From positions 4,259 to 68,258 of the forward strand of contig CANFIN010000002.1 of assembly GCA_947447155.1 (NCBI GenBank): a stretch of DNA of 64,000 nt. The letters run 5' to 3'. Shown in pieces: positions 39,582-48,992 of the stretch (the stretch's first letter is position 1; every line of letters starts with the position of its first letter). The DNA comes from Bacteroidota bacterium (GTDB lineage: Bacteria > Bacteroidota > Bacteroidia > AKYH767-A > OLB10). The position numbers and the translations under genes were made by a program. The notes beneath the pieces were generated by a model. That model was not told the origin of the DNA and made no database searches. It saw only the letters and a program-made list of their open reading frames with translations.

Positions 39582-40040
39582 ATGGAATTGTTTCGTTTAT
39601 GTCGTGAGAAGTACATTAAGCCACTTTCAGGAAAAGGTTCGGCAATGAAGGGTGCTCGATGGAATTCTGTTGGTGTTGAATTAATTTATACTGCTAGTAA
39701 TCGTTCGCTGGCGATGGCAGAAGTAGCAGTGCATTTTACCCTTGCAACATTACCTGATGATTATATGATGGTTACTATTTTTGTTCCTGCTGATATTAAA
39801 ATAAAAACGCTTTCTGAAGCAGCTTTGCCACCTAATTGGAAGGAGTTCCCTCATCCACCAACCACACAAAAATTCGGGGATGATTTTGTGGTTGAGAATA
39901 AATATTGCGTTTTAAGACTACCTTCTGTTGTTACTAAAGGTGATTTTAATTTATTAATTAATCCTAATCACAAAGATTTTTCAAAAATTAAAATTACAGA
40001 AATTGCTAAATTTCCTTTTGATAAAAGGATTTTCAAATAA
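39582..40040 (+). CDS. RES-domain toxin (MbcT/ParT-like NAD+-targeting toxin family).
   Basis: GARWNSVGVELIYTASNRSLAMAEVAVH is the RES core. The R, E and S positions are plausible. Confidence 0.7.
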   Translation: MELFRLCREKYIKPLSGKGSAMKGARWNSVGVELIYTASNRSLAMAEVAVHFTLATLPDDYMMVTIFVPADIKIKTLSEAALPPNWKEFPHPPTTQKFGDDFVVENKYCVLRLPSVVTKGDFNLLINPNHKDFSKIKITEIAKFPFDKRIFK

Positions 40041-40103
40041 ACAAATCAAGATTTTAAATTGAACGAATAAAAAGGATCAGTTGAACTAAAATGTGTTTTT
40101 TTT

Positions 40104-40388
40104 ATGATAATATTATTGGTAATTACTTCAGTACTTTTTATTATTTGGATTATATGGAATTTAAGAAGAAGAGAAAAAAGTGATTGGAAAGAATATATTC
40201 CTTATTACAAACGAAAGATTGATTTAGCTGAACAGGAGGCAGACGATTTGCTTCAAAGTAAATTGCCTTTTAAAGGTGATGGTTATTGCTATCAGTTATG
40301 GGAATTGCAACAGAAAATTTTAAAAGAGAAATACAAAATTAACTGGAAGTCTCCAGCAGATTTAAACGAACATAATCTTTACGATTGA
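40104..40388 (+). CDS. Small membrane protein (94 aa), hypothetical.
   Basis: N-terminal TM helix MIILLVITSVLFIIWIIWNL followed by a charged coiled segment. Confidence 0.4.
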   Translation: MIILLVITSVLFIIWIIWNLRRREKSDWKEYIPYYKRKIDLAEQEADDLLQSKLPFKGDGYCYQLWELQQKILKEKYKINWKSPADLNEHNLYD

Positions 40389-40407
40389 ATTCATTAATTA
40401 AGCCCAC

Positions 40408-40446
40408 AAAAAAACCGCCTACCTTTTAGTAAGCGGTTTTTATTTT
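40408..40446. terminator. Bidirectional terminator between the islet and slyD.
   Basis: AAACCGC...GCGGTTT stem with flanking A/T runs. Confidence 0.6.
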
Positions 40447-40460
40447 CATCAAATTTTATC

Positions 40461-40988
40461 TTAGTGTTCTTGCTCGTGGTCGTCGTGCATACCTGGAGTA
40501 TGCGCATGCCCATGAGTTAATTCTTCTTCAGAAGCTTCACGTACTTCCACAACTTTACCATCGAATTGAAGCGTATGTCCCGCTAAAGGATGATTGAAGT
40601 CTAATAATACTGTATCATCATCAATTGATAGGATCTTTGCTGCTAACTGGTTGCCATCTCTGTCTAGCAAAGGAATAACGTTACCAACACGTAAAATCTC
40701 CATATCAACAACGCCATCTACTTTAAACATGTCCATACCAACACGAACTAAAGCTTCGTCGTCAACTGGCCCGTAAGCGTTTTCAGAAGCGATAATAAAA
40801 GAGAATTCATCTCCCATTATTTTACCACTTAAATTATTCTCGAAATCAGGAATTAATTGTCCCGAACCAAATAAAAATACTAAGGGAAACTCAGTTCCTG
40901 TTTCTTCTACTATTTCGAAATCAACTCCGTTTAAGCTGCTTTGCAGACGATAGGTAACGGATACCACTTTTTGCTGTCCTATTTGCAT
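40461..40988 (-). CDS. slyD: FKBP-type peptidyl-prolyl cis-trans isomerase SlyD-like, with a His-rich tail.
   Basis: FKBP domain with an IF insertion. C-terminal HGHAHTPGMHDDHEQEH. Confidence 0.8.
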   Translation of the reverse strand: MQIGQQKVVSVTYRLQSSLNGVDFEIVEETGTEFPLVFLFGSGQLIPDFENNLSGKIMGDEFSFIIASENAYGPVDDEALVRVGMDMFKVDGVVDMEILRVGNVIPLLDRDGNQLAAKILSIDDDTVLLDFNHPLAGHTLQFDGKVVEVREASEEELTHGHAHTPGMHDDHEQEH

Positions 40989-41079
40989 TTTGTTAAAATT
41001 TTGTACGACAGATTTTAAGATTTCATCAAAAAGGCTATCGATTGGTTAATATGCGGCAAAGGTAAGGTTTATTCCCTTA

Positions 41080-41799
41080 TTATTTGCCTAAGCTTTTGAA
41101 GTCTTTAGTCCACCTCTGCTCGAATGGCTGGTATACCCAAAACTGATTGCAGTAGGTTAGGCAATCAGACATGCGTAAACTGCCAAGTTCCGTCTTGAAA
41201 TGCATAAGCTCATCTATTTTATTATGTCCTACTACCTGATGAAAAGGTGCAGCCGATACTCTCAGTTCGCTTATGTCTGCCCAAAACGGACCACCTACTT
41301 CCATTCCTCCCCGCGCTTTACCAATGCTATAAAGTTCTATACAACCTTTTTCAAATAAATGGTTTAAATGAGCCGACAAACCCTTTGCGTTATATTCCGA
41401 GAAATCATGTCCGATCGTTTGCATATACTGCAACCATCTTGTCGTAATTCCTGCATGTACCCAAATATGGTCATGCGCAAAATAGGATAGTTGAAAGTGT
41501 TTTTCATTTTGTTTGAAAAGGCGATGGTAGTCTAATGCATATTTCTCCTTATAAATTCGCAATCTCTTCGAAGAATGCCAATGGTATTGTAAATCGTGGT
41601 TGCCAACGAGTAAAACTACTTTATCAGGATGCTTCAATTTTAAATCAATAATCTCTTCAAGATTTTTAAGTTCATCGAGCTCTTCTCTGCCATCGACATA
41701 ATCACCCATGAAAATTACTTTCTCGTATTGATTGATATCAATCGATTTCCAGTTAGCACGCCCATGTATATCTCCAATGGTAATCCACTTCATCTTCAA
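41080..41799 (-). CDS. Metallophosphoesterase (calcineurin-like phosphatase).
   Basis: GDIHGR...GDYVDGR...GNHD motifs. Confidence 0.75.
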   Translation of the reverse strand: MKMKWITIGDIHGRANWKSIDINQYEKVIFMGDYVDGREELDELKNLEEIIDLKLKHPDKVVLLVGNHDLQYHWHSSKRLRIYKEKYALDYHRLFKQNEKHFQLSYFAHDHIWVHAGITTRWLQYMQTIGHDFSEYNAKGLSAHLNHLFEKGCIELYSIGKARGGMEVGGPFWADISELRVSAAPFHQVVGHNKIDELMHFKTELGSLRMSDCLTYCNQFWVYQPFEQRWTKDFKSLGK

Positions 41800-42416
41800 T
41801 CTTTATTACTGTCTTTCCATCTCCATAAATGTCGGCAGGCAATAGTTCTATATGGTTGCCATTGCTTCGCGATGTCCGCCATTTGCTGATGAAGGACTTT
41901 TCCTTTACCATCTAAATTGTAGAGCTTTTTCATCGCATTCTGAATTCCTAAATCATCTAAAGGAAATACATCAGGACGATTTAAAGAAAACATCAATATC
42001 ATTTCAACTGTCCATTTGCCGACGCCTTTGATTTGTGTTAGATGTGCAATTAAATCCTCATCCGACTTCCGATAAAGTTTTCGGTAGTCCAAACCGTTAG
42101 TAATCGAGAATTGAGCAATATTCTTTAAGTATCCAGCTTTTTGATAGGAGAGTCCGCAGTTTCTTAGTTGTTCATCATCGAGACGTAAAACAATCTCCGC
42201 TGCAGGATCATTGCCTGGAAACAAATTTAGAAATCGTTGGTAGATAGTAGCTGCTGCTTTAACTGACAATTGCTGACTAACAATTGCACGTATTAAGGAT
42301 TGATAAAGATTTTTATTAGGTGAAAAGGTGAGGGCAGGAGTAGCTTTTAAAACTTCTTTCATCAACGCATCTTTTTTCAGATGCTTGTAGGCTTTGTTTA
42401 ATTCTTCATCCTTCAT
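41796..42416 (-). CDS. DNA-3-methyladenine glycosylase II family (HhH-GPD, AlkA-like).
   Basis: LIRAIVSQQLSVKAA...GVGKWTVEMILMF...PLDDLG. Confidence 0.75.
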   Translation of the reverse strand: MKDEELNKAYKHLKKDALMKEVLKATPALTFSPNKNLYQSLIRAIVSQQLSVKAAATIYQRFLNLFPGNDPAAEIVLRLDDEQLRNCGLSYQKAGYLKNIAQFSITNGLDYRKLYRKSDEDLIAHLTQIKGVGKWTVEMILMFSLNRPDVFPLDDLGIQNAMKKLYNLDGKGKVLHQQMADIAKQWQPYRTIACRHLWRWKDSNKD

Positions 42417-43752
42417 AATCCCTAATGTTCATTTTAATTCTCGATGATTTAGGATAATAATTATTCATACGACCTTGAATTAGTTTCATCCAACCTATTG
42501 AAAGTCCTTCATAGGTTGCTAAACACCAACCCTTATAATCACTATCGATAGTTATAGTTTCTCCTTTCAGATAGTGTAGCGCTTTTTCTTTATCTAATTC
42601 GATGCGTTTAATTTTAGGATTGATATCCAAAGTTAAAGCAAGATCATGTGAAGGAATAATCATATCACCTTTAATCGTTCCCATATATATACCTGCCTGA
42701 CGGATGCTCAGCTTTTTCTGATATGGTTGAAAATATTTCCAGCTATTTAAAGGAAATGCATAGAGCTCACCTTTGTGTTCATATGGAATAAAGTCGTTTG
42801 CGTTTGCTAAATATTCCGTAAGATGTTTTTTAAAATTCGTTGCAGGTTTGATGTTGCTTGCTTTAAGTTCCGATTTAGTTGCTCCCTTGTATTTCAAGAT
42901 TGAACAATAAAATCCTTCTCCTTTTATTTTGTGAGGAAAAAATTGATAGCCATATTTAGTAGAAACAATTCCATTAGGCAGATTTAAAACATCAACTTTT
43001 TCAAATTCATCATTTTTCAGAAGATGTTCAATAATCAAATCATTCTCCTGCTCATTATAGGTGCAAGTGGAATAAACTAAAATTCCATCTTCTTTCAAAC
43101 AAGTTGAAATCGAATCAATAATCTCTGTCTGACGAATACTACAATTCTTAACATTCTCCTCACTCCATTCTGTAATCGCATTTTTGTCTTTACGAAACAT
43201 GCCTTCTCCGCTACATGGTGCATCAACTAATATTATATCTGCAGTAAGTCCCGACGACGTATATTCATTTGCGTTAGCTTGTGTAACAATAGCATTTGCG
43301 CAACCCCACTTAACAATGTTCTCACGCAATATCGAATTACGATTAGAGATAATTTCATTGCTGAATAAAGTACTGTCTGAATTCATTAAACTCAACAGAT
43401 GAGTTGTCTTACCTCCAGGTGCAGCGCATAAATCGATTGCTGTTAGTGTTTGATTAAAATCAATTACCTGCTTTAATGCAAATCCAATAAACATCGAACT
43501 CGCTTCTTGAACATAATAAGCACCAGCATGAAAACGAGGATCTATTGTAAATATTGGTCGTTCGTTTAAATAGGTAGCTTTATCACACCAATAGACATTT
43601 TCATTTAGCAAAACACCACTGGTCTTATTCGGATTTAATCGAATAGAAACCGGTGGTGATGTATTTAATGCCTCAAAAAATGAATTTGCTTCATCGCCCA
43701 GTTGCTGCTGAATTCGTTGCGTAAAAGCAAGAGGCAATGAATTTCCGCTCAT
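42406..43752 (-). CDS. RsmB/RsmF-family rRNA cytosine-C5 methyltransferase.
   Basis: DLCAAPGGKTTHL (SAM motif I) and DAPCSGEGMFRKD (motif IV with catalytic Cys). Confidence 0.8.
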   Translation of the reverse strand: MSGNSLPLAFTQRIQQQLGDEANSFFEALNTSPPVSIRLNPNKTSGVLLNENVYWCDKATYLNERPIFTIDPRFHAGAYYVQEASSMFIGFALKQVIDFNQTLTAIDLCAAPGGKTTHLLSLMNSDSTLFSNEIISNRNSILRENIVKWGCANAIVTQANANEYTSSGLTADIILVDAPCSGEGMFRKDKNAITEWSEENVKNCSIRQTEIIDSISTCLKEDGILVYSTCTYNEQENDLIIEHLLKNDEFEKVDVLNLPNGIVSTKYGYQFFPHKIKGEGFYCSILKYKGATKSELKASNIKPATNFKKHLTEYLANANDFIPYEHKGELYAFPLNSWKYFQPYQKKLSIRQAGIYMGTIKGDMIIPSHDLALTLDINPKIKRIELDKEKALHYLKGETITIDSDYKGWCLATYEGLSIGWMKLIQGRMNNYYPKSSRIKMNIRDYEG

Positions 43753-45368
43753 TAGTTCACACTCATTTTAGCAGCATTTTCAACTGCTTTTGCAGCGTTG
43801 ATGCGTCCACCAGTTTTACTTAATGTATTAAAAGGAACAATCTTTTTTGAGCTTCCAGGCATTGGAGTAGTGCTATTATCAACTTCTACTGAATTAATAA
43901 TTGCTTCGCGTATCTGTGTATCCGTTAGATTCGGGAAATAAGACCATACTAACGCAGTAACCCCAGCAACAACAGGGCATGCCATACTCGTTCCACTTTC
44001 GTTGCCATATTTACTTCCTGGTAAGCATGAGTAAATTTCTACGCCAGGTGCAAATAAATCAACAGTAGCTTTTCCATAATTTGAAAAGGCCGCTGCAGTT
44101 CCAGAAGGATTCGTAGCACCTACTTCAATCCAATTAGAAGCAATACTACCATCATTCATTTTTGCATTTGGATAATTAGGAGCTTTATCATTATTGCTGT
44201 TGTCATTTCCAGCAGCATGAATTATTAATACACCTTTTGATTCAGCATATTTAACAGCCGCATCAACAGCTTCTTTATTTGGAGAATAACTTTTTCCAAA
44301 ACTCATATTAATAATTTTTGCTCCATTATCTACTGCATAACGAATTCCGTTAGCAATATCTTTATCACGTTCATCACCATCAGGAACAACTCGAACTACC
44401 ATCAACTTAACATGATCAGCCACTCCGTCCATTCCGATATTGTTATTTCTTACAGCTCCGATAATTCCAGCTACGTGTGTTCCGTGCAAAGCATCAGGAC
44501 CAGCTACACTGTTGTTACCATAATTTTTATCATTTATATCAGAATAATTATCACCTACAATACTTCTTGAATCAAATTCAGGATTCATATGATAATTTAC
44601 AGCATTATCGATTTGCTTTTTACCATCTAATAATGAATTTTTTATTTCCGTATAATCCATTCCCTGTGCTAATGCCCCTGCAATTGCTTTCTTAATTAAC
44701 TTCATCTTTGTACCACTTACTTCATAGTTTTGTAAGTCTTCCGATTTTAATATTTTTTTACCTGCTTGTTTTTCTGCTCCTTCAAACATATTATTAATGC
44801 CATCAACAAAATCCTTCATTTTTTTATTTTCTTCTACTTCTTTGTTGTAAGCTTTTTTAATCTTCTTCCAGCTGTATTGCTTAGGTAAATTTTCTTTCCC
44901 TATTTTATATAATCGGGTTAGTTCCGTATTGTCAGGACCAACATCACCACTTTTGCCGCCAATGAAATTCCATCCATTTACATCATCTATGTATCCGTTC
45001 TTATCATCATCGATTCCGTTGCCTGCTATTTCATTAGGATTAATCCAAAGGTTGTTTTTTAAATCATCATGTTCGATATCAGTACCACCATCCATCACTG
45101 CAACTACGATATCTTTAAAATTATTTGGATTGTTTATTTTACTTATTGCGGAATTCGTAGAAACGCCTGAATATCGATCCTTGTCAGGATTGTTATGCTG
45201 CCAGCTTTTAAGTGCATTTTTTGTTAAGTCGATAACATCTTCACTGTTGTTTTCTTGAGCGAAGCCAAGCAAGAAGGTTGCAATAGCAAGTCCTGTTAAA
45301 AGTAGTTTTTTCATGGTTAAATTTTGAGGTTGCAAATATAATTGGATTTTAGGCTTCAACGAAATCAA
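43752..45368 (-). CDS. S8 family (subtilisin-like) serine peptidase, secreted.
   Basis: Catalytic triad motifs VAVMDGGTD, HGTHVAGII and GTSMACPVVAG. Signal/TM N-terminus. Confidence 0.85.
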   Translation of the reverse strand: MISLKPKIQLYLQPQNLTMKKLLLTGLAIATFLLGFAQENNSEDVIDLTKNALKSWQHNNPDKDRYSGVSTNSAISKINNPNNFKDIVVAVMDGGTDIEHDDLKNNLWINPNEIAGNGIDDDKNGYIDDVNGWNFIGGKSGDVGPDNTELTRLYKIGKENLPKQYSWKKIKKAYNKEVEENKKMKDFVDGINNMFEGAEKQAGKKILKSEDLQNYEVSGTKMKLIKKAIAGALAQGMDYTEIKNSLLDGKKQIDNAVNYHMNPEFDSRSIVGDNYSDINDKNYGNNSVAGPDALHGTHVAGIIGAVRNNNIGMDGVADHVKLMVVRVVPDGDERDKDIANGIRYAVDNGAKIINMSFGKSYSPNKEAVDAAVKYAESKGVLIIHAAGNDNSNNDKAPNYPNAKMNDGSIASNWIEVGATNPSGTAAAFSNYGKATVDLFAPGVEIYSCLPGSKYGNESGTSMACPVVAGVTALVWSYFPNLTDTQIREAIINSVEVDNSTTPMPGSSKKIVPFNTLSKTGGRINAAKAVENAAKMSVN

Positions 45369-46572
45369 GGTCTTTACCGTATGTGTCTGGTAAAATTAAT
45401 ACAGCCGTTAATGCCAATGCCCAAATAATTATTCCTGTAATTATCAATGAGCCAGTGATATTCATATCAAACTGTGATTGGAAGAATATTCTAAGTGGAA
45501 TTAGTATCGTAACTGCTCCTCTCATAAAGTTGGTAACTGTAGCTGTGACCGTCACTCGTAAATTGGTTCCAAAATGTTCAGATGTTGTTGTTACGAATAC
45601 GGAAAGATAGCCACAACCAAGACCCATCAGAAAGGAAGTAAAATAAATTGCCGAAGATTGATAGAGCTGATAAAAATGTAATATGGTTCCAATGATTGCA
45701 ATAATCATAAAAATAAGCAGCACTTTTTTTCTGCTTTTGATCCATTGACTAATAATACCGCTCGTTAAATCGCCAGTGGTAATTCCAGTTTGAAACAAGA
45801 TGAAGCATAATCCTAGTTTTAAAAATTCTATATTATGCTCTTTAGCCAATTCAGGGGAGAGGGTGATTAATAATCCTACACTATACCAGATAGGAACGCC
45901 CATCAATATACAAGCGAAATATTTAAATGCTCGTTGACGGTTGCTGAACAGGAGTAAAAAGGAACCTTTGGCTTTCGATTTTAACTGACTTTCTTTAAAG
46001 ATTCCAGTTTCCATTGATTTCACTCTCATTAGTAATAATAAAAAGCCTACAATTCCGGCAGTAATAAAAGCTGTTCTCCATGGTAGAAAGTCGCCAGCTA
46101 ATCCAGCACTTACAGCTCCTAATCCTCCAAGTGTTGCAACGAGAATGGTTCCATAGCCTCGCTTTTCAATACTCATACTTTCGCCTACGAGTGTAATGCC
46201 CGCACCTAATTCGCCTGCCAGTCCAACACCTGCTAAAAAGCGGACTATCGCATAGGTGTTAACGTCATGAACAAATCCGTTAGCAATATTGGCAATAGAA
46301 TAGAGTAGGATAGATCCAAATAAAACAGTAACACGTCCTTTCTTATCTGCAATAACTCCACTTAATATACCGCCAATCATCATTCCGAGCATTTGAACAG
46401 ATAATAAGTATTCTCCTGTTCTTGTTAATGCATCTCCGTTTAATCCTAATTCTTTCAAAGATGGAATGCGATATACATTGAACAAGAATAAATCAAATGC
46501 ATCGATGAAGAATCCTAAGCCTGCGGCTAACACAGCAATATTGAATGGTGAATGATACAGCTTTTTATCCAT
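45349..46572 (-). CDS. MFS transporter.
   Basis: 12-TM hydrophobic profile. Motif A-like GILSGVIADKKGR. Confidence 0.75.
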   Translation of the reverse strand: MDKKLYHSPFNIAVLAAGLGFFIDAFDLFLFNVYRIPSLKELGLNGDALTRTGEYLLSVQMLGMMIGGILSGVIADKKGRVTVLFGSILLYSIANIANGFVHDVNTYAIVRFLAGVGLAGELGAGITLVGESMSIEKRGYGTILVATLGGLGAVSAGLAGDFLPWRTAFITAGIVGFLLLLMRVKSMETGIFKESQLKSKAKGSFLLLFSNRQRAFKYFACILMGVPIWYSVGLLITLSPELAKEHNIEFLKLGLCFILFQTGITTGDLTSGIISQWIKSRKKVLLIFMIIAIIGTILHFYQLYQSSAIYFTSFLMGLGCGYLSVFVTTTSEHFGTNLRVTVTATVTNFMRGAVTILIPLRIFFQSQFDMNITGSLIITGIIIWALALTAVLILPDTYGKDLDFVEA

Positions 46573-46574
46573 TA

Positions 46575-48992
46575 TTATTCAGCAATTAAATTCATAAATA
46601 ATTTAGTAGCACCTTCAACGTGTGCTGGTAACTGACGGAAAAATGAAATTCCAGTATAAATGAATTTACCCTTTCCATAGTTTGCTATTATTAAACTACC
46701 TTGATGCGGATCTTCCTTTCGATCGTTCATTGATAAAGGTTGAATAAAATTTTTATCTGGATTCTCAACAAAATAAATTCCTCGCTCTTGAATCCAATTG
46801 TTAAAATCGGCAGCCGTGATTTTATTCGGATAGTTTAATTCTATGCAAGAGCTATCGGCAATTGTAACAATTGAATTCTCTTCCGTAACACGAATCTTAC
46901 CCACTTTGAATGAATAAGGACCGATTTCATTTTCTTTATTCGTGTTATATTGAACAATATATTTTCCGCCGCTGTAGATGAACTCATTTAATGCGTTATT
47001 CAATCGATGGATTTCTTTGCTAGTATTGTATAATCGTACTCCTGCAATTATAACTTTATATTGACTGAAATCTAATTTTGATAAATCATTTTCTTTGAAT
47101 ATGTCAACACTTATTCCTAAGTTTAATAATACTTCCGGAATTTTATCGCCACTACCCATTAAATAGGCTACTTTATTTGTGGCTATTTTATAAGTTGGAT
47201 TAATCAGTTTTATTGCGACAGGTTTATAGTAATGTTGTTTATCAATATGCGGATATTCAATTTCACGCAGCTCCGTTAAGTTATAGGTTTGATTACTATC
47301 GGAAATAATAAAAGATAAATCTGTTTTTTTGTAATTTGAATTTGGGTTTTTATTCAAATCGAATTTAATGTCTTTTGCTTCGCCTTTTTTACTGAATTCA
47401 ATGGTGATTTCTTTTTGACTAGTACTGAATCCATCATTTGTAAATACGGGCTTTATTTTACAGCGATACGAATTTTCATATGGGTTATTGATTTTAATCG
47501 TTACTGATTTTGATTCATTATTTAAAAAGTAAATCGAAGGTAAAACGTTGAATGAATAAATTCCATCTGAAATAATTATAGTTCGTTTTTCTTCTCCAGA
47601 TTTCGGATTCACAAATTGATATTGAACAGGAATTTTCCAATTAACTGTATCATTTTTCCAGATAAACTGAACAGGACAATAGATTGCATTTTCATTATTG
47701 CCTTTAATTAAACCATTGCTATCAAACGAATACAAATCATTTTGAATTGGCTTGTTTAGCCAAAAGGATTGTGATGTTTTAACAGCTATCGTAGAAAAGT
47801 TTTGTTCGGTATTATGAAGTGGAGCAATCGGTATAAAATTGTTTTTAACAAGAATCTCAAATGATGTATTAGGATGCGGATTAAATACTGAAAGCTTATA
47901 GGTAATCGTGTCATTAACATTGTAAACATCTACGTTGCTATATGCAGAAACGCGTAATTGCGAGTAATGCTTAATTAGATTGTCTATCTGATTTAATTTT
48001 TCTTCTCTTAAATTTTCATTCTTGATGATTAAAATTTGCTTTCTGATTAAAAACAATTTACTCATTGTTGTTTCAAATGAAAACTTATTTCCGTTATAAA
48101 TTAATTCGTCAATGTGTTTAAGAATAGCTTTTCCTTCTGCTTCCTGATTCCATTTTTGATTTGTTAAATTATTTAAATCAATATTTGCATTTGGAAGTCC
48201 TTTTTCAATAACTTGAAAATATTCGGAAGTAGAGTTATTGTCAGGAGCGAATCCAAAGCCCTGACATTTATGCATCGAGCGACTATCAGCAGCTAATTCC
48301 TGAAAAGTTTTTCCTGTTGACGAATCAATACCAGCAATGGAAACTTTGATTAAAGACTCTGTAAGTGTTGAATCATTTTTATCAAAAATATTCCAAAGTA
48401 GTACATTCGTTTTCCATGGTTTTAATTCAGGATTTGAATTTAGTCTATAGTTCTCATCTCCAGCAAGTGTGTACGCCATCTTGGCAAGAATCGCACTTGC
48501 AATGTGATGTCCGTGACCAGCGCGTTTATCAGCAGGAAAACGACAAATAATTATATCAGGTTGTGTAATACGAATAGCTTGTATTAAATCTTTCAGAAGG
48601 GCACCTTCATCCCAATGTTCAAAAGTTTCTTCCGCTGATTTAGAAAATCCAAAATCATAGGCATGACTAAAATACTGTTCACCATTATCAACGCTTCTTG
48701 CCTTTAATAATTCTTGTGTTCGAAGCATTCCAAGTTCAACTCCTTGCTCTGCACCAATTAAATTTTGTCCTCCATCACCACGAGTTAAAGAAAAGTATAT
48801 AGTGCGATAATTTTTTCCTTTTGCTAAATATCCAATCAGTAAATTATTTTCATCATCAGGATGTGCAGCGACATATAAAATAGTAGTCGTGTTTTTTAAT
48901 TGCTGTAATTCACTTTTTATGGAATAGCTTGTTTGTGCATATCCGAAGTGAAATAAAAAAAGAGTGAATGTAAAAGTGATTAGTTTTTTCAT
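46575..48992 (-). CDS. PIG-L (LmbE) family deacetylase domain protein (805 aa) with a signal peptide.
   Basis: AHPDDENNLL and HGHHIAS motifs of the LmbE fold. Long C-terminal extension of unknown function. Confidence 0.65.
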   Translation of the reverse strand: MKKLITFTFTLFLFHFGYAQTSYSIKSELQQLKNTTTILYVAAHPDDENNLLIGYLAKGKNYRTIYFSLTRGDGGQNLIGAEQGVELGMLRTQELLKARSVDNGEQYFSHAYDFGFSKSAEETFEHWDEGALLKDLIQAIRITQPDIIICRFPADKRAGHGHHIASAILAKMAYTLAGDENYRLNSNPELKPWKTNVLLWNIFDKNDSTLTESLIKVSIAGIDSSTGKTFQELAADSRSMHKCQGFGFAPDNNSTSEYFQVIEKGLPNANIDLNNLTNQKWNQEAEGKAILKHIDELIYNGNKFSFETTMSKLFLIRKQILIIKNENLREEKLNQIDNLIKHYSQLRVSAYSNVDVYNVNDTITYKLSVFNPHPNTSFEILVKNNFIPIAPLHNTEQNFSTIAVKTSQSFWLNKPIQNDLYSFDSNGLIKGNNENAIYCPVQFIWKNDTVNWKIPVQYQFVNPKSGEEKRTIIISDGIYSFNVLPSIYFLNNESKSVTIKINNPYENSYRCKIKPVFTNDGFSTSQKEITIEFSKKGEAKDIKFDLNKNPNSNYKKTDLSFIISDSNQTYNLTELREIEYPHIDKQHYYKPVAIKLINPTYKIATNKVAYLMGSGDKIPEVLLNLGISVDIFKENDLSKLDFSQYKVIIAGVRLYNTSKEIHRLNNALNEFIYSGGKYIVQYNTNKENEIGPYSFKVGKIRVTEENSIVTIADSSCIELNYPNKITAADFNNWIQERGIYFVENPDKNFIQPLSMNDRKEDPHQGSLIIANYGKGKFIYTGISFFRQLPAHVEGATKLFMNLIAE

